DNA of 64,000 nucleotides from Chrysomallon squamiferum (taxonomy: Eukaryota; Animalia; Mollusca), in NCBI GenBank assembly GCA_012295275.1, contig CM022672.1, positions 20,026,001 through 20,090,000 of the forward strand, read 5' to 3'. Below, in pieces: positions 61,261-64,000 of the stretch. Under the pieces are notes generated by a model. That model had not been told where the DNA came from, did no database searches, and worked only from the letters and a program-made list of their open reading frames with translations. Position 1 is the stretch's first letter. Every line of letters starts with the position of its first letter. The position numbers and the translations under genes were made by a program.

Positions 61261-64000
61261 AAATATCAGTATGTTGTGTGTTTATTTAATAAAGTCAATT
61301 AACTAACATATGAACTGAATTGTACCACTAATGAAAACGTCATTTTCTTTTGTTTAAGAAATTATAAATTATTTTTAATTTATATACAGAACAATGTTGT
61401 ATTTTATTTTATTTAATTAGAATTTGTCCTTTTTCTTTTCTCTCTGTCACTCTCTTGTCTTTTTTTTGTTTTTTTTTTTGGCTTTTGATAAACAGTTCAA
61501 TTATACTCTTTAACAAGGACAGATTTTGAAACTCTAATTTAGCCAAGAGGAATGTTTCCTTGTCAAACTCTACCCACTAAACTACAAATTAATCACCTTT
61601 TAGCACTGAGTACAAAGAGCTTTAAAAAGAAATCTTTATGGTTTAATTTAAACAGTAATTACAAAACAAAGAAAGAAAAATTATGTGACAGAAAAAAAAT
61701 TTAACAACTTTTTTTTTTTTTTTTTTTAAATTAGCATGAAAATTAATGGACAAAGTATAATTGTTTTTTTTTTTTTTTTTTTTTTTTTTGTCTTACAAAT
61801 TGTAATGGAAAATGGATTATTGTCTGCATAATGGGTGTCATTATGACTGATTGGCTTAACACCTGATACCTTGTCCATCGGGGAGTCAGTTATCACGGGA
61901 ACCACAACTGTTAGGCCTGAGTCAGGTGATGATGCATTGGGCAGATACTTAACATGCTGCAAGAGGTTTCTAGACAGGCCCAGACTTAGACAGGTGTTTA
62001 CCTTATGAAAGTCTGTATAACACATAGGGTAACAAGTATGTCTAACATTCTGTTTTTGCTGCAAAGAAAATGGTTTGTCACTGATAATAACCGAAGGAAA
62101 GCTTGTTTCTGTCTGAAGGAGTTATTTCAGAATCTGAACAGAGAAATTAAGCTGAAGCAATTAGGAAATAAACATTTCACAGATTTAATGTGGGTGAAAT
62201 CATCCATTTAAAACAGACAAATGACATATTGCTGAATCACTGAATATCCATCAACACCCCAAAAATAACACAGAAATAAATAAACATTTGAGCCTGACAC
62301 AGAAGTAAATATACCAGATCTACTGATTTGTCCAAGTGTCTGTAATTATATAGTATCATGCACATAGTTTAGTTAACTAACTGATTAGTTATCAAATTTA
62401 TTATCAGTGACAACAGCCTGGTGAATGACTGCTGCAGAACAGACACCTGTATCTTACTCTATGAAGACATAATAAATATATATTAATTTCAACACAGTTA
62501 ACTTCAACATGTATTAATTAAATAAATTATAAATACTAAAAGTGAACTTGTCAACATGTTGATGATGTTCCAACAACAACAGCAACAACACACACACACA
62601 CACACACAAAAATAATTTGTTTTTCAGATAGATGCACAGTGGCGTTCTTCTACATATTTCAATATGATCAAAATAAAATCAATATCTTGCCATTACCAAT
62701 CTCTTCAGTGAAACAAATTAGTTTTAGACTTATTAATATTTATAATTACATTAATTATACTCATCCGTACTAGTACAGCACTAATAGTTTTCACAACAAT
62801 GACAAAAAGTGCAATTTCACATTTAAAGTATTCATGTAATAACAGATGATATAAATCATTGTGTGTATTCCAACAGATGACAATAGTGTATAAAGCCAGC
62901 TTCCAAGTTTGGTATATTAAGGCCATTTATCTGCCCTGATTAGTGAAAATGAATGTGCTAAAGAACTTCTTCACATGCTGTGGGCAGAGAGATCAATAGC
63001 AACTGATGGATAAATCAATGATAATCATATTAGATGCATTCTCTGCATTAAGAATCATCTGACACAGCAGGTAAATTAAATACGACATTGTGTTATGTAT
63101 TTACATGTTACTATTTTGACTCTGCAAAAGAAAGAATAAATATCTTAAACAATACCTCAACATACTTTAATACCAATTGCTCTTTATGCATTATAGGTTC
63201 AGTTTTTGCATGATCAAGACAATCTTGTTAAATTATCAACATACTGCTTCCACTGCTTTGGCTACTTTTACTATGGGAACATCTGCATGTTCATTGTAGT
63301 GGACAGAAAAGAACATTACATTGTTTAAGATGCACCAAAAAATGAGCACTGGCTGGAAAACTATCCAAACTGATACGTCACTGTGACTTGATTCTGCAAT
63401 ATGCTGCGTCTGATGAATATCTACTAATGATGAAAAGAATGTTCCCTAACAGTCCAATTACTATTCTTTTTTAAAAAGCCGTTAAGTTAAACATCCAACA
63501 GCTAGAATAATTGAACAAAGTGCTCAGACATCATTAAGCTTACATTCCTTTCCCCCACCCGTGCTGCCTGCATTGTTCTAACAAGCCAGATGCTGAAGTG
63601 TTAAGAACAGGTACACTGCAACTGCAGAATTACACAATCTTTGATGTTTGAAATGCTAATATCCACACTGTTAAGTGCTGCTCGGTTGATGTGTGTGCAG
63701 TAAGTTTATCTTTAATTGCCGGTACAGTCTGACGATTAAATCTCGGACTGCAGCAGATGAAAGAAAATTAACTACTTGAGTTTCGTTACTTACCACTATA
63801 CCTGTCACACTGAACTGAGTTACAATGATTTTGACTTCCCCTGTACCTATAGCAGTCACAATACATTGATTCATCATAATTTTGAAAACCCATGCATCTT
63901 TAGCAAGTACTTACTGTTTTTTTCATACACTGAATTGTAACAGAATCATTTGTGTATGGTGTCATATCATCTCTTTCTACCAGTCTAAATACAAGACTAA

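Noticed and set aside
14268-63877. Most 60-110-aa ORFs in the track (poly-F/I/K/L, CVCV, SLSL, RERE, YIYI)
   Set aside because: Translations of homopolymers and microsatellites in AT-rich non-coding DNA; no domains or splice support

Overview
AT-rich animal genomic DNA with spliced genes and many microsatellites. A mollusc, probably a gastropod, is inferred from degraded MetaSINE/MESC-like SINE cores recalled from memory, not from a database search. Two convergent genes are visible, both lacking their 5' ends in what I could assign. (1) + strand: the last 21 coding exons (414..14163, about 1550 codons) of MEGF8, running laminin-EGF, CUB, EGF, Kelch repeats, PSI, EGF/laminin-EGF, TM helix and a tail with the MASRPFA motif. 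(2) - strand: six coding exons (59309..31904, 290 aa) of heparan sulfate 2-O-sulfotransferase HS2ST1, covering the whole catalytic domain. All exons were joined by hand with GT-AG junctions and consistent phases; several are missing from the ORF track. The 17.7-kb gap between the stop codons holds an 809-bp TA-flanked Tc1/mariner (Tc2/pogo-like) non-autonomous element, a CpG-rich island, an A/T skew switch, two exon-like islands and a hairpin-containing repeat. The most notable unexplained intronic features are a near-perfect 161-bp palindrome just downstream of an HS2ST1 donor and a short duplicate of the end of the catalytic-His exon together with its donor. I found no clearly new biological system; the findings are candidates for checking.
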